The translations under genes and the position numbers were made by a program. From NCBI GenBank assembly GCA_007693945.1, contig RECP01000059.1:4965-68964 (forward strand): DNA of 64,000 nt, in the 5' to 3' direction. The DNA comes from Spirochaetaceae bacterium. Its GTDB lineage: Bacteria > Spirochaetota > Spirochaetia > DSM-27196 > PWMO01. Below are positions 1-8,256 of the stretch, one piece after another (within the stretch, counting starts at the first letter, position 1; the number at the start of each line of letters is the position of its first letter). The notes beneath the pieces are model-generated. The model ran no database searches and was not told the origin of the DNA. It saw nothing but the letters and a program-made list of their open reading frames with translations.

Positions 1-99
1 ACTGCCGGCCAGCCCGCGGCTGCGCGAGAACTGCCAGCAGCCCAGCCCGATCGGCGTAACTGCAATGCTGCTTTGTCCAAGAGGGTATGTAATACTCAT
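1..99 (-). CDS. aldo/keto reductase family protein, N-terminal fragment (gene runs off the left edge)
   Basis: A minus-strand ATG at 99 opens a frame that stays open to base 1: MSITYPLGQSSIAVTPIGLGCWQFSRSRGLAGS. The IGLGCWQF start resembles AKR N-termini. Only 33 codons are visible, and the ORF is absent from the supplied track because it is truncated. Confidence 0.4.
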   Translation of the reverse strand, partial: MSITYPLGQSSIAVTPIGLGCWQFSRSRGLAGS

Positions 100-201
100 G
101 GGTGTCAAGATAACCATGTCTGAGCAATCGGTCGATTGCCGCTGCGTGACACGCGTAGTTTTCGCGCCGCCGAGCCGCCGCCGAGCCTGCCCAATCGAAG
201 A

Positions 202-226
202 GGGCCGGGTCATTATGACCCGGCCC
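202..226 (-). terminator. GC-rich hairpin just 3' of the SEC-C gene, likely an intrinsic terminator
   Basis: GGGCCGGGTCA / TGACCCGGCCC form perfect 10-11 bp arms around a 3-5 nt loop. The hairpin starts 9 nt after the TGA at 235-237. On the minus strand it is followed by UCUUCGAUU, which is moderately U-rich. Confidence 0.55.
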
Positions 227-234
227 CGGGCCAC

Positions 235-522
235 TCAGTTTCCGCGCTGGGAGCCGCGAAACACCCGCGGGCTGAACGAGCCCGAGCCCCCGCGCGTCTT
301 GCCGTGGAAGCGGCCACGCCCGTGTTCGTGAGCGTGATCGTGCTTCGGTTCAACCGCGGCCGCCGGATGCTGCTCTTCACCGCCGCTCTCTTCACTAACC
401 GGCTTTGAGGGTTCGCCCTCCAGCAACGGCTCCTCATGCTTGACGCTATCCTTGGCGTAGCAGCAGTGTTTGTATTTTTTGCCACTGCCGCATGGACAGG
501 GATCGTTTCTTCCGACTTTCAT
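235..522 (-). CDS. small SEC-C motif (SecA C-terminal-type zinc-binding) protein with acidic linker and His-rich tail
   Basis: The N-terminus [21 protein letters not shown] is the canonical SEC-C metal-binding motif. An AAGGAG SD lies 6 nt upstream of the ATG. The tail contains HDHAHEH. Confidence 0.7.
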   Translation of the reverse strand: MKVGRNDPCPCGSGKKYKHCCYAKDSVKHEEPLLEGEPSKPVSEESGGEEQHPAAAVEPKHDHAHEHGRGRFHGKTRGGSGSFSPRVFRGSQRGN

Positions 523-544
523 GGCGCACTCCTTGGGTGACTAG

Positions 545-573
545 ATTGTAGCCCGTCAGGCACGGCTGCACAA
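545..573 (-). promoter_or_regulatory. candidate sigma-70 promoter of the SEC-C gene
   Basis: The minus strand reads TTGTGC (568-573), a 17 nt spacer, then TACAAT (545-550). This sits about 20 nt upstream of the SD and ATG. Confidence 0.4.
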
Positions 574-809
574 GCAAAACAACGTGATCCAAGAAGCATT
601 GCATCAGTTCAAACGCCTGCCCGGAGGCAGACTGCGGCGTGTTGCAGATTGCAGATAACGTGCGTCACGGCCGATGAGTTCGGCAGTCATGGGGCAAGCG
701 TACACGGGCAGATCCTGCTGGGTGGCAGCGCAACGCGCGCGATCTCGACCGGCGCATCGCGGGCAACGGTCACTGCTGCCGGCCCGGCGGTTTGGGCTGA
801 GGCGGTCAC

Positions 810-2123
810 TCACCCCCCGGCAACCAACTCGCCGCGCTTATAGACGCTCAGCACCGGGTTTACCGCCAGGTGGTAGGGTATTACCGCCGGTGACGCCCCG
901 TCGAGAATCACGAGGTCTGCCTGCTTGCCGGTCTCCAGGCTGCCGACCCGGTCCGCCATACCGATCGCGTGCGCGGCGTTGAGCGTGACAGCGGTGAGCG
1001 CTTCCTCCATACTCAGCCCGAGCTGCATCACCGCCAGCGTGTAGATAAACGGCATTGCCTCGGTATAGCACGAGCCGGGGTTGCAGTCGGTAGCCAGCGC
1101 CAACGGCACCCCGAAATCCACCATCGCGCGTGCACGCGCGAACGGCTTGCGTATACTGAACGAGGTCCCCGGGAGCACCACTGCAATGGTACCGGCATCC
1201 GCCATTGCCTTCAGCCCGTCATCATCGGCGGCAATCAGATGCTCAGCGGAAACGCAGCCCAGACGCGCCGCCATGGCCGCACCGTGCAGGTTGACGATCT
1301 CATCGACGTGCGCCTTCAGCCCCATGCCGTAGCGTCGGGCCTCGCGCAGAATGCGCTCGCTCTCCTCGACGGTGAATACGCCTTCTTCGGTGAAGATGTC
1401 GCAGTAGCGTGGAATCCCGGTCTGCGCGGCGGCCGGCAGCATCTCGTCGATCACCAGCTGAACGAACTCTTCGCGTCTCTGCACGTACTCCGCCGGTATC
1501 GAATGCGCTCCGAGGAAGGTCGCAACCACGTCCTGCGGCACCATCTGCGCGGCGTCCCGGATAGTTTCGAGCTGGCGCAGCTCCGCGTCGGTTGCGAGCC
1601 CGTAACCGGTCTTGACCTCAACGGTGGTCACTCCAAAGCTCAGCGAGCGCGCGAGCCCGCTGAGCGTACGTTCCAACAGCTGCTGCCTGGAGGCCGCCCG
1701 CAGCGTGCGCACGCTGCTCATGATCCCGCCGCCCTGCCGGTGGATTTCCATGTAGTCCGCACCCGCCAGCCGCAGGCGGAACTCGTCTTCACGCGTGGCG
1801 GCAAAACACAGATGAGTATGCGGATCGACGAACCCCGGAATGACGCATCGCCCGCCGGCATCGATGACCAGATCCGGCGTCGGCTCCGCGCGGCGTCCCG
1901 CGGCGTCGTGCGGCGGCGGTGCGGCGCCAATTTGGGCCAGCACCTCGTCCTGCGGGCCGATCCGCGCAATCAGGCCGTCGCGGATCAACACGGCACCCGG
2001 ATCGTAGACGGCAACGCGGCTCATTGCGGAACCCCGCAGCGCAGCGCCCGACCCCGCCGGGGCCGGATCGCCGTTGTGTTGCCGCGGCGTATAGATACGT
2101 GCGTTGCGGATCAGTTTGTGCAT
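810..2123 (-). CDS. hutI: imidazolonepropionase
   Basis: Amidohydrolase motifs GFVDPHTHLCF, KAHVDE and ATDCNPGS are present. The protein is 437 aa. It lies 9 nt downstream of hutU, with a GAGG SD before the ATG. Confidence 0.92.
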   Translation of the reverse strand: MHKLIRNARIYTPRQHNGDPAPAGSGAALRGSAMSRVAVYDPGAVLIRDGLIARIGPQDEVLAQIGAAPPPHDAAGRRAEPTPDLVIDAGGRCVIPGFVDPHTHLCFAATREDEFRLRLAGADYMEIHRQGGGIMSSVRTLRAASRQQLLERTLSGLARSLSFGVTTVEVKTGYGLATDAELRQLETIRDAAQMVPQDVVATFLGAHSIPAEYVQRREEFVQLVIDEMLPAAAQTGIPRYCDIFTEEGVFTVEESERILREARRYGMGLKAHVDEIVNLHGAAMAARLGCVSAEHLIAADDDGLKAMADAGTIAVVLPGTSFSIRKPFARARAMVDFGVPLALATDCNPGSCYTEAMPFIYTLAVMQLGLSMEEALTAVTLNAAHAIGMADRVGSLETGKQADLVILDGASPAVIPYHLAVNPVLSVYKRGELVAGG

Positions 2124-2132
2124 CCCGGCGCC

Positions 2133-4151
2133 TCACCCCAGAGCGTCTTTCACCGTTCTTGCGATCAGATCGTCGGCGGCAACGTAGGGCAGCGTGATGT
2201 GATCCGTAGCGGCGTTGTCGTGATTGTAGGCAACGCAGGTCTCGATCGACGCCTCGTTGGTGGCCCACGCGCGCCGGGCGACACCGCTCATCACGTCCCA
2301 CGGCATAGCGCGGCTGAGAATAGTGTCAACGCGCTCGCTTCCATCGAGCACCATGCCGAATCCGCCGTTGATTGCCTTGCCGATACCGACACCGCCGCCG
2401 TTGTGCAGCGCCACCATGCTCATGCCGCGGGCCGCGTTTCCGGCAAAGCAGTGCGTTGCCATGTCGGCACAGACGTTACTGCCGTCTCTTATGTTGGCGG
2501 TCTCGCGGAACGGGCTGTCGGTACCGCCGGTGTCATGGTGGTCTCGCCCCAGCATGATCGGTCCAACTTTGCCCTCGCGCACCAGCTCGTTGAACCTGAG
2601 CGCTATGCGCTTTCTGCCGGTGGCGTCCTGGTAGAGGATCCGCGCCTGCGTACCGACCACCAGCCGGTTCTTGCCCGCGTCCCGAATCCAGTTGTAGTTG
2701 TCACGGTCCTGACCGCGGCGATCGGGATCGATGCACTCCATCGCGGCCCTGTCGGTGACTTCGAGGTCCTCGGGCTTACCCGACAGGCAGACCCATCGGA
2801 ACGGGCCGTAACCGAGGTCAAACAGCATCGGCCCCATGATCGATTCCACGTAGGAGGGAAAGATGAACCCGTTCTTGGGGTCTCCGCCTCTGGCAATCTC
2901 CTTGACTCCCGCATCGTAGACCGCCTTCATGAACGAGTTGCCGTAGTCGAAGAAGAAGGTCCCGCGCGATACCAGCGTGCTGATCAGCTCGAAATGCTTC
3001 TTGAGACTCTCATCGACCAAACGCCGATACTCGTCGCGATCCGTCGCCAGCAGCCGCGTCCTTTCCTCAAAGGTTATTCCCTGCGGACAATACCCCCCCT
3101 GGTAGGCGTTATGACACGAGGTCTGATCCGACAGCAGTGGAACATCGACGTTGTTGTCGACCACGTACTGCAGCAGGTCGACGATGTTTCCGTGATAGGC
3201 AATCGACACCGGCTGCCTGCGCCCCAGATGGTCCGCGGCTATCGCCACGGCCTCGGCGACATCGGCGGCAACCTTCCCGACCCATCCCTGTTTGTGGCGG
3301 GTCTCTATGCGCGATCCGTCGACCTCGGCAACAATTCCTACGCCACCCGCTATCTCCACCGCCTTGGGCTGCGCCCCGCTCATCCCGCCGAGCCCCGATG
3401 AAACAAACATGATGCCGGCCAGATTCCCGTCGGCCGGCAGGTCAAACTTGAGCCGCCCGGCGTTGACAATTGTGCTGTACGTACCGTGAACGATACCCTG
3501 CGGCCCGATGTACATCCAGCCGCCGGCAGTCATCTGTCCGTAGTTTGAGACTCCCATTTCGGCGGCGACTTCCCAGTCATCGAGGTTGTCGTAGAGGCCG
3601 ACCAGCAGCCCGTTGGTCACTATGACCCGTGGTGATTCCGGATGGCTGCGGAACAGACCGAGTGGATGGCCGGACATGACCACCAGCGTCTGGTCACGGG
3701 TCAGCTCCTCGAGGTAGCGTTTGATCAGGCGGTACTGCATCCAGTTCTGGCACACCTGCCCGCTTTCGCCGTAGGTCACCAGTTCGTAGGGATACAGCGC
3801 GACGTCGAAATCGAGGTTGTTGTCGATCATGACCTGAAACGCCCTGCCCTCGATACAGTTGCCGCCATACTCATCGATCGGTTTACCGTACAGCCTGCCC
3901 TGCGGCCGGAACCGATAGCCGTAGATTCGGCCGCGGCTCTGCAGTTCATCCATGAACTCAGGCGCCAGCATCTCGTGCAGCTCCGCGGGAACGTAGCGCA
4001 GCGCGTTCCTGAGTGCCGTTGCGATTTGATCGCGGGAGAGGCGCAGCCCCCGGTGGGGGGCGCGCCTGATTCCCTCGGCAAACGTCGGCTGCGGCGGAAG
4101 CTCCGCCGGCAGCCGGATCGTCATTGCTTTGTGAATCTCTCCATTTGTCAT
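2133..4151 (-). CDS. hutU: urocanate hydratase (long, about 670-aa form)
   Basis: The sequence is urocanase-like throughout (GLGGMSGAQPKAVEIAGG, GNSFMKAVYDAG, ALHNGGGVGIGKAINGG). An AGGAG SD lies 7 nt before the ATG at 4151. Confidence 0.92.
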   Translation of the reverse strand: MTNGEIHKAMTIRLPAELPPQPTFAEGIRRAPHRGLRLSRDQIATALRNALRYVPAELHEMLAPEFMDELQSRGRIYGYRFRPQGRLYGKPIDEYGGNCIEGRAFQVMIDNNLDFDVALYPYELVTYGESGQVCQNWMQYRLIKRYLEELTRDQTLVVMSGHPLGLFRSHPESPRVIVTNGLLVGLYDNLDDWEVAAEMGVSNYGQMTAGGWMYIGPQGIVHGTYSTIVNAGRLKFDLPADGNLAGIMFVSSGLGGMSGAQPKAVEIAGGVGIVAEVDGSRIETRHKQGWVGKVAADVAEAVAIAADHLGRRQPVSIAYHGNIVDLLQYVVDNNVDVPLLSDQTSCHNAYQGGYCPQGITFEERTRLLATDRDEYRRLVDESLKKHFELISTLVSRGTFFFDYGNSFMKAVYDAGVKEIARGGDPKNGFIFPSYVESIMGPMLFDLGYGPFRWVCLSGKPEDLEVTDRAAMECIDPDRRGQDRDNYNWIRDAGKNRLVVGTQARILYQDATGRKRIALRFNELVREGKVGPIMLGRDHHDTGGTDSPFRETANIRDGSNVCADMATHCFAGNAARGMSMVALHNGGGVGIGKAINGGFGMVLDGSERVDTILSRAMPWDVMSGVARRAWATNEASIETCVAYNHDNAATDHITLPYVAADDLIARTVKDALG

Positions 4152-4209
4152 TCTACTTCTCCTGAACCACTCCGTGTTTCCGCACTCCGTCAGAACGCCG
4201 CAGCAGCGG

Positions 4210-5652
4210 TCACAGAACTCCGACCGCGATCAGAATGTGCATGATGATGGCGATCAACGGAATCTGGATTGCGGTCCGAATCAAGAACAGAACAACCAGC
4301 TGATGCAGTTTGATCGGAATATCCCGGAACATGTCCATCATCATCGGGCCAACCGCGGAAAAGAAGATCAGCTGCGAGATTGAGAGCACGGCAATGAAGA
4401 ACTTGGCCGGCTCGGCCGCTTCGCGAACCACCAGCGCCGGGATGTACATTTCGGTTATTCCGATCAGCGTCGCGGGCCCCAGCATGTCGGCGTTCGGTAC
4501 ACCCAGGAGTCCGAGGATCGGGGCGATCGGCCTGCCGAGCCAGTTGAAGATCGGCGTGAACTCGGCCACGATGATGGCCGCGGTTCCAACCGCCAGGATC
4601 GTACCGATGATCAGCGACGCAAGCTTGAGACCATCCACAAAGCCCTGCAGCGCCACGGCGAAGATGCCCTTCTCCTGCTTCACCTTGCTGATGGCTTCCG
4701 ACAGCGCGAATTTGAAGTAATCTCCGGGCGTTCCCTTGATCGGACGCTCGGGATCCGGCGGCGCGACGTAGAGGTCGGGCACACGCGAAAGCGGTGGAAT
4801 CCGCACGGTGATGATGGCCGTGACAACAATCGCGATGAAGTAGGACAGCATGATGTAGGGAAACAGATGCAGGATCTCCAGCGTTGCCCCAACCACACCA
4901 ACAAAGCCGATTGAAACGGTGGCAAAGCAGGTGGCATTGATGAAGACGTGCCGCTTCGAGTAGCCTCCGTGGCGGTAGACCAGATTGGTGACGTACATTC
5001 CGACCGAGTACGATCCGACCCACGAAGCCAGCGCGTCGAGCGCCGAGCGGCCCGGAATCCTGAACAGCGGCCGCATGAACGGTCGCGCCAGTGTACCGAC
5101 AAATTCCAGCCCGCCCATCAGGATGAACAGCGACAGAAACAGCGCGCCGATCGGGATGATGATCGCAACCGAGAACGACAGCACGTTCCACATCAGCCCC
5201 CCGATATCGGGGCGATGCAGCACCTCGGGTCCCAGTCTCCAGAACATCATCACCGCCAGTACCGCGCCGACGATGCGCAGAATCCAGAACGATACGCTGG
5301 AGTCGAAGTAGCGCGTAAAGGCGTTGTCGAAGATCTTCTGCTTGCGCTGCTTGTTGATCATGGCGATCGTGGTGAAGACCGCGCCGATCCAGATGATCAG
5401 CAGCACGTAGATGGCAACCAACGGTGTGTAGCTGGTGCGAATGAACGTGACCACGATGTCGAACGGCACCGTGGAGCGCCCCCGGTAGGTAATCGGATAG
5501 ATGAAGAAAAAGGCGCCGATCAGAAAGGAAACCAGGAACTTGAGAAACGGTCCCCAGGAGAACGGCGTCAGCTCCAGCTCGCCAATACGCCTGGGTTGAG
5601 GCTCAGCCTCCAGATGATAGAGTCCGTCCGCTGATGGTTGTTGACTGCTCAT
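4210..5652 (-). CDS. polytopic membrane protein with nucleoside-recognition (Gate)-like domains, YjiH-like; putative histidine or hut-intermediate transporter
   Basis: About 12 hydrophobic segments, embedded between the FTCD gene and hutU. I prefer the ATG at 5652 (GGGGGA SD 8 nt upstream) over the TTG at 5658 used by the track. The family call is from memory of YjiH-type proteins. Confidence 0.6.
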   Translation of the reverse strand: MSSQQPSADGLYHLEAEPQPRRIGELELTPFSWGPFLKFLVSFLIGAFFFIYPITYRGRSTVPFDIVVTFIRTSYTPLVAIYVLLIIWIGAVFTTIAMINKQRKQKIFDNAFTRYFDSSVSFWILRIVGAVLAVMMFWRLGPEVLHRPDIGGLMWNVLSFSVAIIIPIGALFLSLFILMGGLEFVGTLARPFMRPLFRIPGRSALDALASWVGSYSVGMYVTNLVYRHGGYSKRHVFINATCFATVSIGFVGVVGATLEILHLFPYIMLSYFIAIVVTAIITVRIPPLSRVPDLYVAPPDPERPIKGTPGDYFKFALSEAISKVKQEKGIFAVALQGFVDGLKLASLIIGTILAVGTAAIIVAEFTPIFNWLGRPIAPILGLLGVPNADMLGPATLIGITEMYIPALVVREAAEPAKFFIAVLSISQLIFFSAVGPMMMDMFRDIPIKLHQLVVLFLIRTAIQIPLIAIIMHILIAVGVL

Positions 5653-5691
5653 ACGCAATATCCCCCGTCACACTCGTGATATACGGAAGCC

Positions 5692-7317
5692 CTATACGTC
5701 TCCCGTCCGCTCCGCAACAATGCGTTGCAGCTGTTTCATCTTGTGGACCGCCCGTGCGTGAATCGTGCCGGCACGCGCCACGATGTCGCGCTTGAACTCG
5801 TCATCCTGCACGGAAGGTACGTTGATCATCACGTTGCGATACGCTCCGTAGACCGCGGTTTCGAGCGCCCTGGCACCCACCTCGACATCAGATGCCGACG
5901 AGTACTGGCCGATGCGCGCCACGGTCAGAATATGATCCCAGGCACTGTCGGCCAACTCCATCGTCCGGAACGGCACCAGCGTTGCCGACTTGAGGCCCTG
6001 CTGCATCGCGGTCTGCCTGGCAGCCTGCTCTTCGGCGGTCGCTTTCGGCAGCCCGACGGCATTCATATACTCGGTGTAGGCATCGGTGTCCCTGTCGACC
6101 ATCCGGATCAGTTCCTTTCTGATCTCTTCGAGCGGCGGGATGGCCTTGCGGATGCGTTTGTCGAGGTGCTCGTACTTGCGCCGGCCGTAGGTCAGCCAGC
6201 CGACCATGGCGCCCAGCGCTGCACCCATGGCACCCACCAGAGCCGACACCGAACCTCCACCGGGGGTTGCGCTGCGGGCGGCCAGCGCCGAAACGAACTC
6301 CGCCACCGTCAGGTCAACCAGCCTGCCGCCGGGTTGCTCGATCATGTACTCGATGATCCGCTCTTCAGGCTTGAACGCGGTAATCGAGGACAGACCGAGC
6401 CTCTCGATGACCAGGCGGATCTTCGCCCGCTGATCGGTAATCAGCAGGTTCTCTCTGTCTATGTAGTAGTCGGCCGCCATCAGGATTGCTTCCAGCGGTA
6501 CAAGGCCGACTATCTCACTTCCGGCAACCGCGACATTGAGCGCGGCGGCGTCGCGCTTGACCTCTTCGAAAACGCGGTGAATGGGGGTGACATGGTAGTT
6601 GTCGAGGTTCATCGAGACCTGTGCAAGTTCGTACTGTTCCAGATACCAGCCGATACCCTTCAGCGCCTGCAGGCGTCCCGGCTCGTCCGGGCCTCTGCCC
6701 TGCTCCCGGATATTGAGCGCGATCCGGTGCGCCTGGTTCCTGGTGCCCAGGATATTGACGTTGTATGCGATCAAAAAGAACCGCGCTCCGGTAACGGTTG
6801 CACCGGACGCCGGTACAAACTCCGCGGGACCAAAATCGGGACGCCACTCCGGCTTGGTGACCTTCTGCTCGATACCTTCGTATTCACCGGAGCGGATCTG
6901 CCGTAACGCTTTGCGGTGAGGCTGGTCCTGAGCCTCTTCGTACAGATAGACCGGAATGCCCAGCTCTTCACCGACACGACGACCGAACGTGCGGGAACAC
7001 TCGGCGCACTCGGCCATCGAAACGTCCGACACCGGCACAAACGGAACGACGTCGACCGCGCCCATGCGCGGATGCGCGCCCTGATGCGTGCGCATGTCGA
7101 TCAGCTCGTAGCCCTTCTTTGCGGCCTGGAACGCGGCCTCGACGATAGCATCGGGGTCACCGACGAAAGTGAACACGGTACGGTTGGTGGATTTGCCGGG
7201 ATCAACGTTGAGCAGCGTCACTCCCGCAACCCGCCGCACGCTTTGCGCGATGGCCTCGATGACGGCGCTGTCGCGTCCTTCGGAGAAGTTGGGAACACAT
7301 TCAACTACTTTTGCCAT
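5692..7317 (-). CDS. bifunctional glutamate formimidoyltransferase / formimidoyltetrahydrofolate cyclodeaminase (fused FTCD, 541 aa)
   Basis: The N-terminus MAKVVECVPNFSEGRD is the formiminotransferase start. The C-terminal part (ATPGGGSVSALVGAMGAALGAMV) is the cyclodeaminase domain. A GGGAG SD precedes the ATG at 7317. The 91-codon upstream extension in the ORF track contains the promoter and is rejected. Confidence 0.9.
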   Translation of the reverse strand: MAKVVECVPNFSEGRDSAVIEAIAQSVRRVAGVTLLNVDPGKSTNRTVFTFVGDPDAIVEAAFQAAKKGYELIDMRTHQGAHPRMGAVDVVPFVPVSDVSMAECAECSRTFGRRVGEELGIPVYLYEEAQDQPHRKALRQIRSGEYEGIEQKVTKPEWRPDFGPAEFVPASGATVTGARFFLIAYNVNILGTRNQAHRIALNIREQGRGPDEPGRLQALKGIGWYLEQYELAQVSMNLDNYHVTPIHRVFEEVKRDAAALNVAVAGSEIVGLVPLEAILMAADYYIDRENLLITDQRAKIRLVIERLGLSSITAFKPEERIIEYMIEQPGGRLVDLTVAEFVSALAARSATPGGGSVSALVGAMGAALGAMVGWLTYGRRKYEHLDKRIRKAIPPLEEIRKELIRMVDRDTDAYTEYMNAVGLPKATAEEQAARQTAMQQGLKSATLVPFRTMELADSAWDHILTVARIGQYSSASDVEVGARALETAVYGAYRNVMINVPSVQDDEFKRDIVARAGTIHARAVHKMKQLQRIVAERTGDV

Positions 7318-7357
7318 TGCGGTCTCCCTGAAGTTGATTGTTCCATCGGTAGTCTCG

Positions 7358-7386
7358 ATTATACCATCAGTGGTCGCTGTTGTAAT
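7358..7386 (-). promoter_or_regulatory. candidate sigma-70 promoter of the hut operon (extended -10)
   Basis: The minus strand reads ATTACA (7381-7386), a 17 nt spacer, then TGGTATAAT, i.e. a perfect TATAAT at 7358-7363 with a TGn extension. It is about 40 nt upstream of the FTCD ATG. Confidence 0.5.
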
Positions 7387-7465
7387 GCAGTTTGTGGCGC
7401 CGTGAGTGCGGCAATCCGGTGCGGCGGCAGCAACCTCCGGCCGTAGCGCGACGGACCGCCCCGTG

Positions 7466-7494
7466 TTGACACGCCGCGCCGCGTGGTATTCAAT
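7466..7494 (+). promoter_or_regulatory. candidate sigma-70 promoter of the Cys-rich protein gene
   Basis: Perfect TTGACA (7466-7471), a 17 nt spacer, then TTCAAT (7489-7494). It is about 38 nt upstream of the ATG at 7532 and divergent from the hut promoter. Confidence 0.5.
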
Positions 7495-7531
7495 GCCGAC
7501 TGGGCGGCGATGGGATTCGCCGCGGGCGTCA

Positions 7532-8233
7532 ATGGCTGAAGACCACGACCAAAAACATATCGCCTTCTTCAAGCTGATGGACGCGATCAAGAGCGGAGAG
7601 TGTGCGGTCTGCTACCAGCTGCGAAAGCGGATGCAGCAGTACTTCGAAACGCTGCTCTACGAAAACGTCAATAATCGCGAGTTCCGCGCCGAGTTGCGCG
7701 CCGCCGGCGGCTTCTGTTCGGCACACGCCCATCAGCTGGCGCACTACAAGGACGGATTGGCGCTGGCGGTCATGCACCTTGAACTGCTGGAGGCCGCCCT
7801 GCGCCGCACCACGTCACCGCCGGGACGCTGCTCGGAACCGGCTGCTACGCTGGCGACCGCGCGGAACCGGCGCAAGGCGGCCGCTGATCAGTGTGTGTGC
7901 CCCGCCTGCCGCGTGGCGCAGCAGCAGACCGCCGCCTCGCTGGACCGTATCACCCGCTACGCCGCCGATCCCGAGTTTCTGGCCGCCTGGCGTCGCTCCT
8001 CGGGGCTCTGCGTGCCGCACTACGCGCTGCTGCTGCAACGCGACGCCGGTCCGCCGGCCGAGTTCGTCGAGCATCAGCGCGGCCGGCTGCAGGCGCTGGC
8101 CGACCGGACACGGCGCTTCATCGACGCCCAGAACGCGACCGCGGGCGACCGCCCGGTGCTCTCAGGCGAGGAACGTACTGTCTGGAAGCAGATCATTGAC
8201 CGTTACTACGGCCAGCCGGGCGCTCTACCGTGA
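7532..8233 (+). CDS. uncharacterised Cys/His-rich protein with an internal duplication (two CxxC ... CxxH modules)
   Basis: 233 aa starting at MAEDHDQKH. Module 1 is ECAVCYQL ... GGFCSAHAHQL. Module 2 is CVCPACRV ... SGLCVPHYALL. I cannot assign a family with confidence; it may belong to a DUF-type family seen in anaerobes. Confidence 0.6.
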   Translation: MAEDHDQKHIAFFKLMDAIKSGECAVCYQLRKRMQQYFETLLYENVNNREFRAELRAAGGFCSAHAHQLAHYKDGLALAVMHLELLEAALRRTTSPPGRCSEPAATLATARNRRKAAADQCVCPACRVAQQQTAASLDRITRYAADPEFLAAWRRSSGLCVPHYALLLQRDAGPPAEFVEHQRGRLQALADRTRRFIDAQNATAGDRPVLSGEERTVWKQIIDRYYGQPGALP

Positions 8234-8256
8234 TCGCGTTCCGGTCCGGACGTAGA

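Noticed and set aside
604-813. A 69-aa minus-strand ORF whose GTG overlaps the hutI stop (GTGA). Separately, a 39-codon open extension lies in the hutI frame after its TGA.
   Set aside because: The product is Arg-rich and featureless, with no SD. Both frames look equally coding by third-position GC, so composition gives no support. The region is better explained as the hut 3' region plus the promoter of the SEC-C gene. Ribosome profiling would be needed to revive it.
3093-3099. A C7 (G7 on the coding strand) homopolymer inside hutU.
   Set aside because: It is short, the reading frame is intact, and it lies in a housekeeping catabolic gene. It is unlikely to be a contingency locus.
969-3401. 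An 810-aa plus-strand ORF spanning hutI and hutU.
   Set aside because: It is antisense to two genes with unmistakable enzyme motifs. Its product is Arg/Gly/His-rich with no motifs. Long antisense ORFs are expected in GC-rich DNA because stop codons are rare.
7318-7590. A 91-codon N-terminal extension of the FTCD ORF in the supplied track.
   Set aside because: The canonical formiminotransferase start MAKVVECVPNFSEGRD has its own GGGAG SD. The extension contains a TGGTATAAT promoter and part of the divergent promoter region.
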